Below are positions 53,412 through 62,836 of a DNA stretch of 64,000 bases, one piece after another. Positions within the stretch are counted from its first letter, which is position 1. Each line of letters opens with the position of its first letter. Under the pieces are notes generated by a model. That model was not told where the DNA came from and did not search any database. It saw nothing but the letters and a program-made list of their open reading frames with translations. Location: sequence record NC_024124.2. One strand, written 5' to 3'. Both the position numbers and the translations under genes were made by a program. Source of the DNA: Escherichia phage vB_EcoM_JS09.

Positions 53412-53549
53412 TCTTATAGGAAGTTCTGAGGTAACAAAAGCCATAAAGATGAATAATCATATGGCTTACCTCAAAGAAGGACACCAGGAACCTACTGAGG
53501 GCATAGAAATATTTAAAAATAATGATGTACAAATCAAAGAGGATATGTT

Positions 53550-53837
53550 ATGGATTTTATGCAAAAAATTAAAGCCGCAGTCGAACTCTATGCTCATCGT
53601 ATGGTTAGTTCTACAATGCAATATAGCGAGGAGGTTCGCCAGGACTCTTCCTTGAAAGGAAAAACTAAAGCCTTAATTACCTTAGATTGTTTGCAAAAGA
53701 ATGCCATAGAGATGCTCCAGTACGACAAGGGTGTATATAAGAAAGAACAGGAAGAGAAACTTAAATCTGAAAAATTACAAAAAATCCCGAAGTCTGTTTG
53801 GTTCAGTGGAAAAAATACCGAAAAAAGTTTCTTTTAG
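53550..53837 (+). CDS. hypothetical protein
   Basis: 95 aa; SD aagagga 8 nt upstream. Confidence 0.5.
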   Translation: MDFMQKIKAAVELYAHRMVSSTMQYSEEVRQDSSLKGKTKALITLDCLQKNAIEMLQYDKGVYKKEQEEKLKSEKLQKIPKSVWFSGKNTEKSFF

Positions 53838-53839
53838 TT

Positions 53840-53868
53840 GTTTACAAGGTCTATGATTATGTTATTAT
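53840..53868 (+). promoter_or_regulatory. early promoter cassette (GTTTAC / TATTAT)
   Basis: 17-nt spacer; inverted repeat ggtctat...atagacc. Confidence 0.55.
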
Positions 53869-53895
53869 AGACCTATCAACTACTGGAGGTAAAAC

Positions 53896-54423
53896 ATGAA
53901 CGCTAAAGATATTTTCAACCTGGTAAATTATAACGACGGTAAATTTAAATCTGAAGCACAAAGCAAGTTCTTTAATGACGTTGCTTATGGTAACGAGATT
54001 ACCGTAGACGGAGGTCAGATTTTCAAATCTCGCTGGAATTGGATTGCTATCATCGATTCAGTTGGAATTGTGGAAGTCTACAAAAACACTAACAAAAAAC
54101 GTACATTATTCTGGTCTCGTGAAACTAACGAGCAGTACAAAAAGGATAAAGCATCTCGTTTATCCAAAGTAACCCAGGAAGATATCGAGTTTATCAAGAA
54201 AGATATCGAGATGTACGAAAATTTAATCGCTGAAGACCAGGCAGTACTCGATAAGTTTGATGAAATTAAAGCTTCTCGTGAAATCCCTGACTTCATGAAA
54301 GAAACAGTAAACGAACGATACGCTCTCACTTCAGAACGTATTGCAAACTATACAAAACAGAAAGCAGAACGTATTAGTACTCTTCGGAAATTTGAAGAAC
54401 GTTTAAAGACGGTTCACGCATAA
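53896..54423 (+). CDS. hypothetical protein
   Basis: 175 aa; C-terminal half predicted helical. Confidence 0.55.
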   Translation: MNAKDIFNLVNYNDGKFKSEAQSKFFNDVAYGNEITVDGGQIFKSRWNWIAIIDSVGIVEVYKNTNKKRTLFWSRETNEQYKKDKASRLSKVTQEDIEFIKKDIEMYENLIAEDQAVLDKFDEIKASREIPDFMKETVNERYALTSERIANYTKQKAERISTLRKFEERLKTVHA

Positions 54424-54485
54424 ACGCTTTACCCAAGGACGGGTTATAATGGTTTTGAGTTCCAATTCAATCTGAGGAAATAGTT

Positions 54486-55481
54486 ATGAGCATTACATCT
54501 GATGCGGTAAAACATGAAATTAACGGTTTATGTGCTTCACAGATTAAAGTGTGGTTTAAAGACCATAATGATCGCAGAGCACTTAATTATGAGCAAATTG
54601 CTATCCAAGTTCATCAATTATTGACTAGTAAATTTGATTTTCATATGCCGTCTGAAATCTATACTAATCTACCGCGAGCGCTTATTAAAGCGTGTAAAGG
54701 TTACGGAAAATCAATGGCCGATGGAATCTTCAGCGCGCTGAATAAACTTAACGTTCTGTCGATGATTAACTCTAATAACATCCTGCGTAATCTAGGACGT
54801 ACTGATTTGTTCGGTCGTGAACAGTGTAAAATGCCTTTGAAATGGATTGTTGCTCATCTTAACGAGAACCAAACACGTTTTATGGCCGTATCAGCACGCT
54901 TACAAATGGGCCTAGATCGTCAGATGAACTTTAAAACTCATCCACGTTATTCAGGTTCAACAGACTTTTATAAATGTGAGCTTCAAAAGGTTGCAGGTAA
55001 AACTGTCTTAGTAGTTCGTGTAACGTTTGAAGGACGACGTCAAGGATATTTTGACCTAATCGGCTCTGGTCTTAAACATTGTGGATTTATTGACGAAGTT
55101 GTTATAAAGCGAGACGGCATTGGATATCGTATTGGATATGTTTGTACTCTTAAAGAAGAGATTTCAGGTCCAGCACCAGGACTAAAAGACGTTAGATATA
55201 AAGACGAGCTCGTTGAAGAAATAAAAGAAGTTGAATATGATATCAACCAAGAAGATGCTCTTAAAGACCTTATTGATGAACTAAACCAAGACGTTATTCC
55301 GGTTCAAAAATTTGAATCAAAACATGCTGAGCAAATCAAATACTTTGAAGCTTTGATTAACGAACTTAATGTAACTATTCAACAGACTGATGATGAAATC
55401 TCACGATTAGCAGGCTTAAACGGTAAAAATAAAACAGAACGAGCTAATCTTATTCAAGTAGTAAAACTTCTTAAGGAATGA
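54486..55481 (+). CDS. hypothetical protein with C-terminal coiled coil
   Basis: 331 aa. Confidence 0.6.
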   Translation: MSITSDAVKHEINGLCASQIKVWFKDHNDRRALNYEQIAIQVHQLLTSKFDFHMPSEIYTNLPRALIKACKGYGKSMADGIFSALNKLNVLSMINSNNILRNLGRTDLFGREQCKMPLKWIVAHLNENQTRFMAVSARLQMGLDRQMNFKTHPRYSGSTDFYKCELQKVAGKTVLVVRVTFEGRRQGYFDLIGSGLKHCGFIDEVVIKRDGIGYRIGYVCTLKEEISGPAPGLKDVRYKDELVEEIKEVEYDINQEDALKDLIDELNQDVIPVQKFESKHAEQIKYFEALINELNVTIQQTDDEISRLAGLNGKNKTERANLIQVVKLLKE

Positions 55482-55511
55482 TGTACAACCAAGGATGGTT
55501 GGAGTATAATA
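55482..55511 (+). promoter_or_regulatory. early promoter (ATGTAC / TATAAT) with ccaaggatggttgg element
   Basis: Near-identical cassette repeated at 56477. Confidence 0.5.
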
Positions 55512-55536
55512 AATTTTTCAACATGAGGAATATAAA

Positions 55537-56472
55537 ATGGCTTCTATTACACGTAGAGAACTTATCAAAGAATTTACCTCGAACGCATATACCCCAGGTC
55601 CTAATCCTATCCGTATGCCTGTAAAGACTCCTGAAGAGATTGAGGAAATCTGTTCATATTATGGGATTACTTCTCGTAAGTTTACTCAATTTGAATGCGT
55701 TACTAACACACCCGTTAAAGAGTTCATTAAAAATGGTGAGTTCAGCCGTTTATTAGCCAAACAGAAACTTCGTAATTTTTGTATTGGCGGTGAAGGACAA
55801 TATTTCGCTAAGCAGTTCAGGAATAACCTTAACAATCTGATGGCCATTGCTTCTCGTATTCGTCCTCAAGCAATTAACATGAAACATTTGAAATATACTT
55901 ACGATAAGTTAGAAATCATGGTTATCAGTGAGAACGAGTTCACTCTTACGTATAAACCTAAGAATGATAACGTTGCTCGTGTATTCCACCAAGCGTTGGA
56001 AGTGTTAGGTGATAATATCCACCAGATTAAAGCAATTTATTCTCGTGAGCTTAATATTATCAACCCTATCAAGAATAAGGGCCATATCGCTATCCAGGCT
56101 CGTGTATCTATTGGTAAAAAGGTTCCTGCGCCATGGTGGCACAAAGACTCTGAATACTATCAAAATCTTAAAAAGGAAAATGCCACGTTCGAAGCGTCAA
56201 TTACTACAACCCCAATTGGCAATGCTGAAGTTCAAGGTGCATATTTTACTGCTCCATCTATATACACTTCACCGTCGACTAAACTGGAAATCTCTAACGG
56301 TCTTCTTCCTGCCGAAGATTACCATTACAATCAAATCAAGGCCACTATGGACAAACTGTCTGTTGAACTTGACAAAGCACAAGCTAAGCTTCGTGATGCT
56401 CAAAGTGTTGTAACGAATCTCCAGTTGCAGTATTCTAAACTTTTTAACGCAATGAATGCATTAAAATCATAA
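55537..56472 (+). CDS. hypothetical protein with C-terminal coiled coil
   Basis: 311 aa. Confidence 0.6.
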   Translation: MASITRRELIKEFTSNAYTPGPNPIRMPVKTPEEIEEICSYYGITSRKFTQFECVTNTPVKEFIKNGEFSRLLAKQKLRNFCIGGEGQYFAKQFRNNLNNLMAIASRIRPQAINMKHLKYTYDKLEIMVISENEFTLTYKPKNDNVARVFHQALEVLGDNIHQIKAIYSRELNIINPIKNKGHIAIQARVSIGKKVPAPWWHKDSEYYQNLKKENATFEASITTTPIGNAEVQGAYFTAPSIYTSPSTKLEISNGLLPAEDYHYNQIKATMDKLSVELDKAQAKLRDAQSVVTNLQLQYSKLFNAMNALKS

Positions 56473-56476
56473 AATA

Positions 56477-56506
56477 GTTTACAACCAAGGATGGTTGGAG
56501 TATAAT
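56477..56506 (+). promoter_or_regulatory. early promoter (GTTTAC / TATAAT) with ccaaggatggttgg element
   Basis: 18-nt spacer. Confidence 0.55.
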
Positions 56507-56534
56507 GAATCTATCTTAACGAGAGGAAAATATT

Positions 56535-57485
56535 ATGACACGTTCACATTACATTGATTATTTTGCAGGTCTTATCGCTAACGTTCATGCTCAGCGCGCT
56601 ACTGGTGCACTAGGATTTGATGTTCCACACCGAGATGTAGTAAGTGGTATTCTTCGAGATTTTGGCACATACACAGGTCAAGAAAATCATATCTGTAAAG
56701 ATACTCAGAATGCGTATTCTCATTCATTAGGGACACTGCTTCATTGGTTCAAACGTTCTCGTTTATTATCTTCTACTGTGGCTCGTGATAACATTAAAAA
56801 CTTTATGAAGCCGAGCTTTATTAAATCTGTGACATCTAAAACTGATTTGGTTGAATTTACTATTATTAACGATGTTAAAAAGACTCATTTGGCTGATTGG
56901 TTATCTACCATTCCTGAAACTAAATTTGCTGATAAATTTGCTTGTGAATTCAATAACCAAGTGAATATGCTTTTTAAACATTCACGTAAATTATTCACAG
57001 GCGGTGATGGTCGTACAAATAAAGTTCATGTTAAAGATTGGGTTACTGCAGTATTCAAACCAACTGGTAATGGTAACGCATCATTGTCAATTGATATCCA
57101 GGTTCCTTATTACTACTCACGTAATCTCGGTACCATGAAAGCCGAAGAAATTAATAAGCGCAACAAAACCGTTCGTTCGCTGTCTTATAAACTTCGTATG
57201 ATGTTACAGACTATGGATGTTGTTGAAATGTTCAGCGAAACTGAAGATAATGGTTCAATGTTATTCAGTTCTCGTATTCAAATTAAGCTGAAGAACCCTA
57301 ATACGTATAAACCTAAGCCTATTAAAGAGCCTAAAGCAGAAAAAGTTGATAACTTAAGAGAAGAACGCGAATATCTCAAATCTCGTCTGAAAGAAGTCGA
57401 AGCCCAGATTGCAGAACAAACTAAATCGTTAAAAGCTCTGAATGCGAAAGCGGATGGCTTACGAAATGCCATTGAGGTGTTATAA
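56535..57485 (+). CDS. hypothetical protein with C-terminal coiled coil
   Basis: 316 aa. Confidence 0.6.
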   Translation: MTRSHYIDYFAGLIANVHAQRATGALGFDVPHRDVVSGILRDFGTYTGQENHICKDTQNAYSHSLGTLLHWFKRSRLLSSTVARDNIKNFMKPSFIKSVTSKTDLVEFTIINDVKKTHLADWLSTIPETKFADKFACEFNNQVNMLFKHSRKLFTGGDGRTNKVHVKDWVTAVFKPTGNGNASLSIDIQVPYYYSRNLGTMKAEEINKRNKTVRSLSYKLRMMLQTMDVVEMFSETEDNGSMLFSSRIQIKLKNPNTYKPKPIKEPKAEKVDNLREEREYLKSRLKEVEAQIAEQTKSLKALNAKADGLRNAIEVL

Positions 57486-57790
57486 TGAAACTACGTCTTT
57501 TAGAGGATATTGATATGAGCACTAATCATGGCTTGGTTAAGTTTATTGACGATAGTTCAAAGATTGAATTTGTTCAGCGAGATAAAATCCACGGTGAAGA
57601 AGAGTTCGTTCCTCCGGCATGGAACGAAATAATGAAAATGGTTGAACGACGTGAAAATGCTGCCAAATCGGCAGCAAAACATCCATGTCCGGAATGTGGA
57701 ACTATCCAAGTCCAACTGGTTAACTGGACCACTGATAACTTGAAATTGAAATGCCGTAAATGCTTCCACAAATTTGAGAGAACATTATAA
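57485..57790 (+). CDS. hypothetical protein with C-terminal zinc-ribbon
   Basis: CPEC...CRKC pair of CxxC. Confidence 0.55.
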   Translation: MKLRLLEDIDMSTNHGLVKFIDDSSKIEFVQRDKIHGEEEFVPPAWNEIMKMVERRENAAKSAAKHPCPECGTIQVQLVNWTTDNLKLKCRKCFHKFERTL

Positions 57791-58203
57791 TGAGATATAG
57801 CCTTCGTTGTTTTATCGCAGCTTTAGTTTTTGCTATTATTCCATTCATTTGGAACAGCCAGAATACTTACATGGAAACTAAAGTAATTCCTGTGGAGGTA
57901 GTGGAATTAATCTCAGGCCAATCTACAGGAAAATATTCTAAATTAGAATTTATTGCAGTCTATAAAGATGAGCAAGGACGAGTTTTTGACAGGCGTGTAT
58001 CGCCATCGTTTTATACGCTTCTGAATAAAGGTGATACGATAGCTATAGAAATTCGTGAGATGGATATCAAACAAACTACTAAAGATAACTTGATTTGGTT
58101 CTTTGGTACAGTGTTGTTGGTTTCTATCTGTATCACAGGTTTTATTACATGTATTGTATTTGGCATTGCATATTTAATCGATGAAAGGAAAAATAATGTT
58201 TAA
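57790..58203 (+). CDS. membrane protein
   Basis: N- and C-terminal hydrophobic helices. Confidence 0.55.
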   Translation: MRYSLRCFIAALVFAIIPFIWNSQNTYMETKVIPVEVVELISGQSTGKYSKLEFIAVYKDEQGRVFDRRVSPSFYTLLNKGDTIAIEIREMDIKQTTKDNLIWFFGTVLLVSICITGFITCIVFGIAYLIDERKNNV

Positions 58204-58459
58204 AGTGTACGGGTACGACTCTACTATTCATAAATGCATTTATTGCGATAATGCGAAACGATTGCTGACTGTTAAGAAACAGCCATTCGAATTCATTAAT
58301 GTTATGCCAGAAAAAGGTGTTTTTGATGATGAGAAAATTGCTGAGCTTCTGGTTAAGCTTGGACGTGAATCACAAGTCGGATTGACTATGCCTCAAGTGT
58401 TTGCTCCTGATGGAACTTCGATCGGTGGCTTTGACCAACTACGAGAATATTTTAAATGA
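58196..58459 (+). CDS. nrdC: thioredoxin / glutaredoxin NrdC
   Basis: Track ORF 58181..; MFKVYGYDSTIHKCIYCDNAKRLL... matches T4 NrdC (CxYC active site). Confidence 0.9.
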   Translation: MFKVYGYDSTIHKCIYCDNAKRLLTVKKQPFEFINVMPEKGVFDDEKIAELLVKLGRESQVGLTMPQVFAPDGTSIGGFDQLREYFK

Positions 58460-58812
58460 CATATTCATTAAATCTTAAAGATTTCCAAGATGTATACGAA
58501 GTTTGTGCCAATGAACTTGGTCCTGATGCTCCAACTATTATTGAAGTTTTAAATGTGCTCCCTTCATCATTAGCTTACGAAGCCAAATCATGGGGTTGGA
58601 GCGACACTGTCGTTCGTGATGACCTTTACGTCCTGATGAACGATATGATGGTTAAAAAGGCAGAACCGGTTGCACCAATGGTTACCATTACCGTTGAAGA
58701 ATATAATCGCCTGCAAGCCATTGAAGAGCTTCTGTGGAACATTGAATGTGACCTGCCGTCAGGGCTAGAATCCTGGATTGATTATGAAGAGCTCAATAAA
58801 CTCCGGGGTTAA
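58456..58812 (+). CDS. hypothetical protein
   Basis: 118 aa, ATGA-coupled to nrdC. Confidence 0.55.
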   Translation: MTYSLNLKDFQDVYEVCANELGPDAPTIIEVLNVLPSSLAYEAKSWGWSDTVVRDDLYVLMNDMMVKKAEPVAPMVTITVEEYNRLQAIEELLWNIECDLPSGLESWIDYEELNKLRG

Positions 58813-58861
58813 ACCGTGGTATTCGGCTCGATGGGAGACAGTCGAGCCAGACGTCGAAACA

Positions 58862-58891
58862 GTTTACAATGACGAAGAAACGTGTTATGAT
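58862..58891 (+). promoter_or_regulatory. early promoter (GTTTAC / TATGAT-like)
   Basis: Preceded by hairpin ggctcga...tcgagcc at about 58824-58847. Confidence 0.4.
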
Positions 58892-58940
58892 GAACCTTCA
58901 ATAAATGAATTAATTGATATGGAAATGGGAAGAGATTATT

Positions 58941-59111
58941 ATGCAAGTTAAATTATTATACCGTTTATTAAAAAATGGCAAGCATGATTGGTATTTGCTT
59001 ATTAAAACCGATCCGAATTTTTTCTCTGGACAACCATTTACAGTTCGTCCTACTAAACGTCAGCTTCGCAAAGCTAAACGTTCTCATCGTAACTTTTATA
59101 GAGAATATTGA
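58941..59111 (+). CDS. small basic protein, RPTKR family (paralogue 1)
   Basis: ...FTVRPTKRQLRKAKRSHRNFYREY. Confidence 0.45.
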   Translation: MQVKLLYRLLKNGKHDWYLLIKTDPNFFSGQPFTVRPTKRQLRKAKRSHRNFYREY

Positions 59112-59112
59112 T

Positions 59113-59526
59113 ATGAATATTTCTGAAACTCGCGGTAAATGGTTCAAGATTGTTAAAGAAGACGAAGAACTCCAAGATAAGTTTCCTGAATTAAAGAAAG
59201 ATACGATCATCAAGGTAATTGGTACTACTACCGAAGATGGTTATGGCGACCATGGCATTATCGAAGTGATGTTGAACACAGGTGAGAAACTTTGCATCTA
59301 TGACCGTGATACTTCTCTTTGGTGCTTCTGGGAATCCCATTCAATAGATGAACTCGAAGAAATTGACCAAGTAGTTTGTGATGGTGGACTTGGCGAATTC
59401 GAAGGTGAACGTATTTCTTATGCTTTAGCTAAATTAGCCGCCCAAGAAAATAATGACGGTTATGAAGGTAATCTGATGCAAGCCGCAGCGGAATACATTG
59501 AATATTTAGAAAGACGTTTAAGTTAA
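59113..59526 (+). CDS. hypothetical acidic protein
   Basis: Track ORF 58975..; start at MNISETRGKWFKIV... Confidence 0.55.
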   Translation: MNISETRGKWFKIVKEDEELQDKFPELKKDTIIKVIGTTTEDGYGDHGIIEVMLNTGEKLCIYDRDTSLWCFWESHSIDELEEIDQVVCDGGLGEFEGERISYALAKLAAQENNDGYEGNLMQAAAEYIEYLERRLS

Positions 59527-59535
59527 GGGCTTATT

Positions 59536-59715
59536 ATGAAAACTGCATTATTTTTTGGCGAAAGAACAAACGGTCAAAAATCTTGGAAATTTGTTATAAT
59601 TGGTGCTCCAAACAATCCGAACATGAGGACTTCAATCATTTCGGTAACACGTCCTACTAAAAGAATGATTCGCCAATACAAACGTTTCCATCGTGACTTT
59701 TATAACATTTATTAA
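59536..59715 (+). CDS. small basic protein, RPTKR family (paralogue 2; 59 aa)
   Basis: MKTALFFGERTNGQKSWKFVIIGAPNNPNMRTSIISVTRPTKRMIRQYKRFHRDFYNIY. Confidence 0.4.
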   Translation: MKTALFFGERTNGQKSWKFVIIGAPNNPNMRTSIISVTRPTKRMIRQYKRFHRDFYNIY

Positions 59716-59717
59716 AT

Positions 59718-59747
59718 TATAAATACCCTTATCTAATATGGTAAGGG
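59718..59747 (+). promoter_or_regulatory. late promoter TATAAATA plus SD-proximal hairpin upstream of gene 49
   Basis: tataaata at 59718-59725 followed by ccctta...taaggg inverted repeat overlapping the SD. Confidence 0.55.
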
Positions 59748-59753
59748 TTTATT

Positions 59754-60227
59754 ATGTTATTATCTGGCAAATTATACAAAGAAGAAAAACAAAAATTTTA
59801 TGATGCACAGAATGGTAAGTGTCCTATTTGCCACCGTGAATTAGACCCTGATGTTCAAGGTAACCATCTTGACCACGACCATGAATTAAACGGGCCAAAA
59901 GCCGGTAGAGTTCGTGGATTACTCTGTAATCTGTGCAACGCAGCAGAAGGCCAAATGAAGCATAAGTTCAACCGTTCCGGTCTTAAAGGACGTGATGTCG
60001 ACTACCTCGAATGGCTTGAAGCTCTTCTTGCTTATTTGAAACAAGATTATTCTGATAATAATATCCATCCTAATTTTGTTCCAGACAAAACTAAAGAGTT
60101 CTCAAGACTAGGTAAAGAGGAAATGATGGCTGAGATGCTTCAAAGAGGATTTGAATATAATGAATCTGATACCAAAACACAATTAATAGCTTCATTCAAA
60201 AAGCAGCTTAGAAAGAGTTTAAAATGA
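59754..60227 (+). CDS. 49: endonuclease VII (Holliday junction resolvase)
   Basis: 157 aa; MLLSGKLYKEEKQKFYDAQNGKCPICHREL... near-identical to T4 gp49. Confidence 0.95.
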   Translation: MLLSGKLYKEEKQKFYDAQNGKCPICHRELDPDVQGNHLDHDHELNGPKAGRVRGLLCNLCNAAEGQMKHKFNRSGLKGRDVDYLEWLEALLAYLKQDYSDNNIHPNFVPDKTKEFSRLGKEEMMAEMLQRGFEYNESDTKTQLIASFKKQLRKSLK

Positions 60228-62041
60228 AAATTGAAAAAGAAATTGAAGGATTAATTCATAAAACTAATAAAGATCTTTTGAACGAGAATGCTAATAAAGA
60301 TTCTCGTGTTTTTCCAACTCAACGGGACCTTATGGCTGGTATTGTGTCTAAGCACATTGCCAAAAATATGGTCCCGTCTTTTATTATGAAAGCACATGAA
60401 AGCGGAATTATCCATTTCCATGATATTGATTATTCCCCTGCTCTTCCATTTACTAATTGCTGTTTAGTAGATTTAAAAGGAATGCTTGAAAACGGGTTTA
60501 AGCTAGGTAATGCTCAAATTGAAACGCCTAAATCGATTGGTGTTGCTACTGCAATTATGGCACAAATTACCGCACAGGTTGCTTCACATCAGTACGGCGG
60601 AACGACTTTTGCTAATGTAGATAAAGTACTTTCTCCTTATGTTAAACGCACCTATGCAAAACATATTGAGGATGCAGAAAAATGGCAAATCGCTGATGCG
60701 TTGAATTATGCCCAATCTAAAACAGAAAAAGACGTATACGATGCATTTCAAGCTTATGAGTATGAAGTAAATACTCTTTTTAGCTCAAACGGTCAAACGC
60801 CTTTTGTAACAATTACATTTGGTACTGGAACTGACTGGACTGAACGAATTATTCAGAAAGCAATTCTTAAAAACCGCATTAAAGGCCTTGGTCGTGATGG
60901 AATAACTCCTATTTTCCCTAAACTTGTTATGTTCATTGAAGAGGGTGTCAATCTTTATAAAGACGACCCGAACTATGATATTAAGCAGCTTGCTCTAGAG
61001 TGTGCAAGCAAAAGAATGTATCCTGATATTATTTCAGTTAAGAACAATAAAGCTATCACTGGTTCATCTATTCCTGTTTCTCCAATGGGTTGTCGTAGTT
61101 TCTTGAGTGTATGGAAAGATTCGACTGGAAATGAAATTCTTGATGGACGTAATAATCTTGGTGTTGTAACACTGAATCTTCCTCGTATTGCGTTAGATTC
61201 TTATATTGGAACACAATTCAATGAACAGAAATTTGTTGAGCTATTTAATGAACGAATGGATCTGTGTTTTGAAGCCTTGATGTGTAGAATTAGTTCTTTA
61301 AAGGGTGTTAAAGCAACTGTTGCTCCTATTCTTTACCAAGAAGGTGCATTCGGGGTTCGTCTTAAACCTGATGACGATATAATTGAGTTATTTAAAAACG
61401 GTAGAAGTTCAGTGTCCTTAGGATACATTGGTATTCACGAATTGAATATTCTTGTCGGTCGTGATATTGGACAAGAAATTTTAACTAAAATGAATGCTCA
61501 TCTTAAGCAGTGGACTGAAAGAACCGGTTTTGCTTTTAGCTTGTATTCTACTCCTGCTGAAAACCTGTGCTATCGCTTCTGTAAACTTGATACCGAGAAA
61601 TATGGAAGTGTAAAAGATGTTACTGATAAAGGCTGGTACACTAATAGTTTCCATGTTTCAGTAGAAGAAAATATCACTCCGTTTGAAAAGATTTCTCGCG
61701 AAGCCCCATATCATTTCATTGCGACTGGCGGACATATTTCTTATGTTGAACTTCCTGATATGAAAAATAACCTAAAAGGTCTTGAGGCTGTATGGGATTA
61801 TGCTGCACAACATTTAGATTATTTTGGTGTTAATATGCCAGTAGATAAATGTTTTACATGTGGAAGTACTCATGAAATGACTCCTACTGAAACCGGATTT
61901 GTTTGTTCTATTTGTGGAGAAACTGACCCTAAAAAGATGAACACCATAAGAAGAACATGCGGTTATCTTGGAAATCCTAACGAACGCGGATTTAATCTCG
62001 GCAAAAATAAAGAAATCATGCATAGGGTTAAACACCAATGA
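60224..62041 (+). CDS. nrdD: anaerobic ribonucleoside-triphosphate reductase (intron-less)
   Basis: 605 aa uninterrupted; glycyl-radical motif RRTCGYLG near C-terminus; Zn site CFTCGS...CSICGE. Confidence 0.97.
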   Translation: MKIEKEIEGLIHKTNKDLLNENANKDSRVFPTQRDLMAGIVSKHIAKNMVPSFIMKAHESGIIHFHDIDYSPALPFTNCCLVDLKGMLENGFKLGNAQIETPKSIGVATAIMAQITAQVASHQYGGTTFANVDKVLSPYVKRTYAKHIEDAEKWQIADALNYAQSKTEKDVYDAFQAYEYEVNTLFSSNGQTPFVTITFGTGTDWTERIIQKAILKNRIKGLGRDGITPIFPKLVMFIEEGVNLYKDDPNYDIKQLALECASKRMYPDIISVKNNKAITGSSIPVSPMGCRSFLSVWKDSTGNEILDGRNNLGVVTLNLPRIALDSYIGTQFNEQKFVELFNERMDLCFEALMCRISSLKGVKATVAPILYQEGAFGVRLKPDDDIIELFKNGRSSVSLGYIGIHELNILVGRDIGQEILTKMNAHLKQWTERTGFAFSLYSTPAENLCYRFCKLDTEKYGSVKDVTDKGWYTNSFHVSVEENITPFEKISREAPYHFIATGGHISYVELPDMKNNLKGLEAVWDYAAQHLDYFGVNMPVDKCFTCGSTHEMTPTETGFVCSICGETDPKKMNTIRRTCGYLGNPNERGFNLGKNKEIMHRVKHQ

Positions 62042-62508
62042 ATTATGATAGATTTTATCCTTGCGATTTTGTGAATGGCCCTGGTTGCAGGGTCGTTCTT
62101 TTCGTTACAGGTTGTTTGCATAAATGCGAAGGGTGTTATAATAAATCAACATGGAACGCTAGAAATGGTATTCCATTCACGGGTGAAACACTAGAGCAAT
62201 TAATTGAATGTTTGAATAATGATTATATAGAAGGATTAACTATAACTGGAGGAGACCCTCTCTATCCCGATAACAGAGATGTTGTTCATTGCATTGCTCA
62301 AACAGTAAAAAATCTTTATCCCAATAAAAGCATTTGGTTGTGGACAGGATATAAGTTTGAAGATATTAAACAACTAGAAATGCTTAAATATGTTGATGTT
62401 ATTATTGATGGGAAGTATGAGAAAAATCTTCCGACTAAAAAGATGTGGCGAGGATCAGATAATCAGCGACTTTGGTCAAATACCGATGGGGTGTGGAAAC
62501 ATGATTAA
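62038..62508 (+). CDS. nrdG: anaerobic RNR activating enzyme (radical SAM)
   Basis: 156 aa; CxxxCxxC motif CLHKCEGC. Confidence 0.95.
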   Translation: MNYDRFYPCDFVNGPGCRVVLFVTGCLHKCEGCYNKSTWNARNGIPFTGETLEQLIECLNNDYIEGLTITGGDPLYPDNRDVVHCIAQTVKNLYPNKSIWLWTGYKFEDIKQLEMLKYVDVIIDGKYEKNLPTKKMWRGSDNQRLWSNTDGVWKHD

Positions 62509-62618
62509 ATTGAATTACATTATGGATACTATAAATGATATGATTTTTCGTTTTGGTCCAGAATTTTATTCGCAGTATAGTTTGGTGTTTATCAATGCTT
62601 AGTTAATTAAGGGTAAAT

Positions 62619-62834
62619 ATGTATAAATTTCGTAAAGGTTTAGCTGATTTTCTTACAACTGTAACGTTCTTTTTGTTTATGGCAGTTGGAGCTATTTTTC
62701 TTATTCCTTTTACTGTTGTATTTTTCTTGATTAGTTTAATTTCTCCGGAAAAGGGTTTATCCTCCAGCGAATTCAATGAACGTTTGGACAAAATTACTAA
62801 TAAACTGAATTCTGTTCTTGATAAAAAGGCTTAA
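62619..62834 (+). CDS. small membrane protein
   Basis: 71 aa; central hydrophobic stretch. Confidence 0.5.
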   Translation: MYKFRKGLADFLTTVTFFLFMAVGAIFLIPFTVVFFLISLISPEKGLSSSEFNERLDKITNKLNSVLDKKA

Positions 62835-62836
62835 TT

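Noticed and set aside
53449-53655. 68-aa ORF MNNHMAYLKEG...
   Set aside because: Overlaps the better-supported 53550..53837 ORF (SD aagagga at ideal spacing) by about 100 nt and has only a weak RBS; kept out of the feature list.
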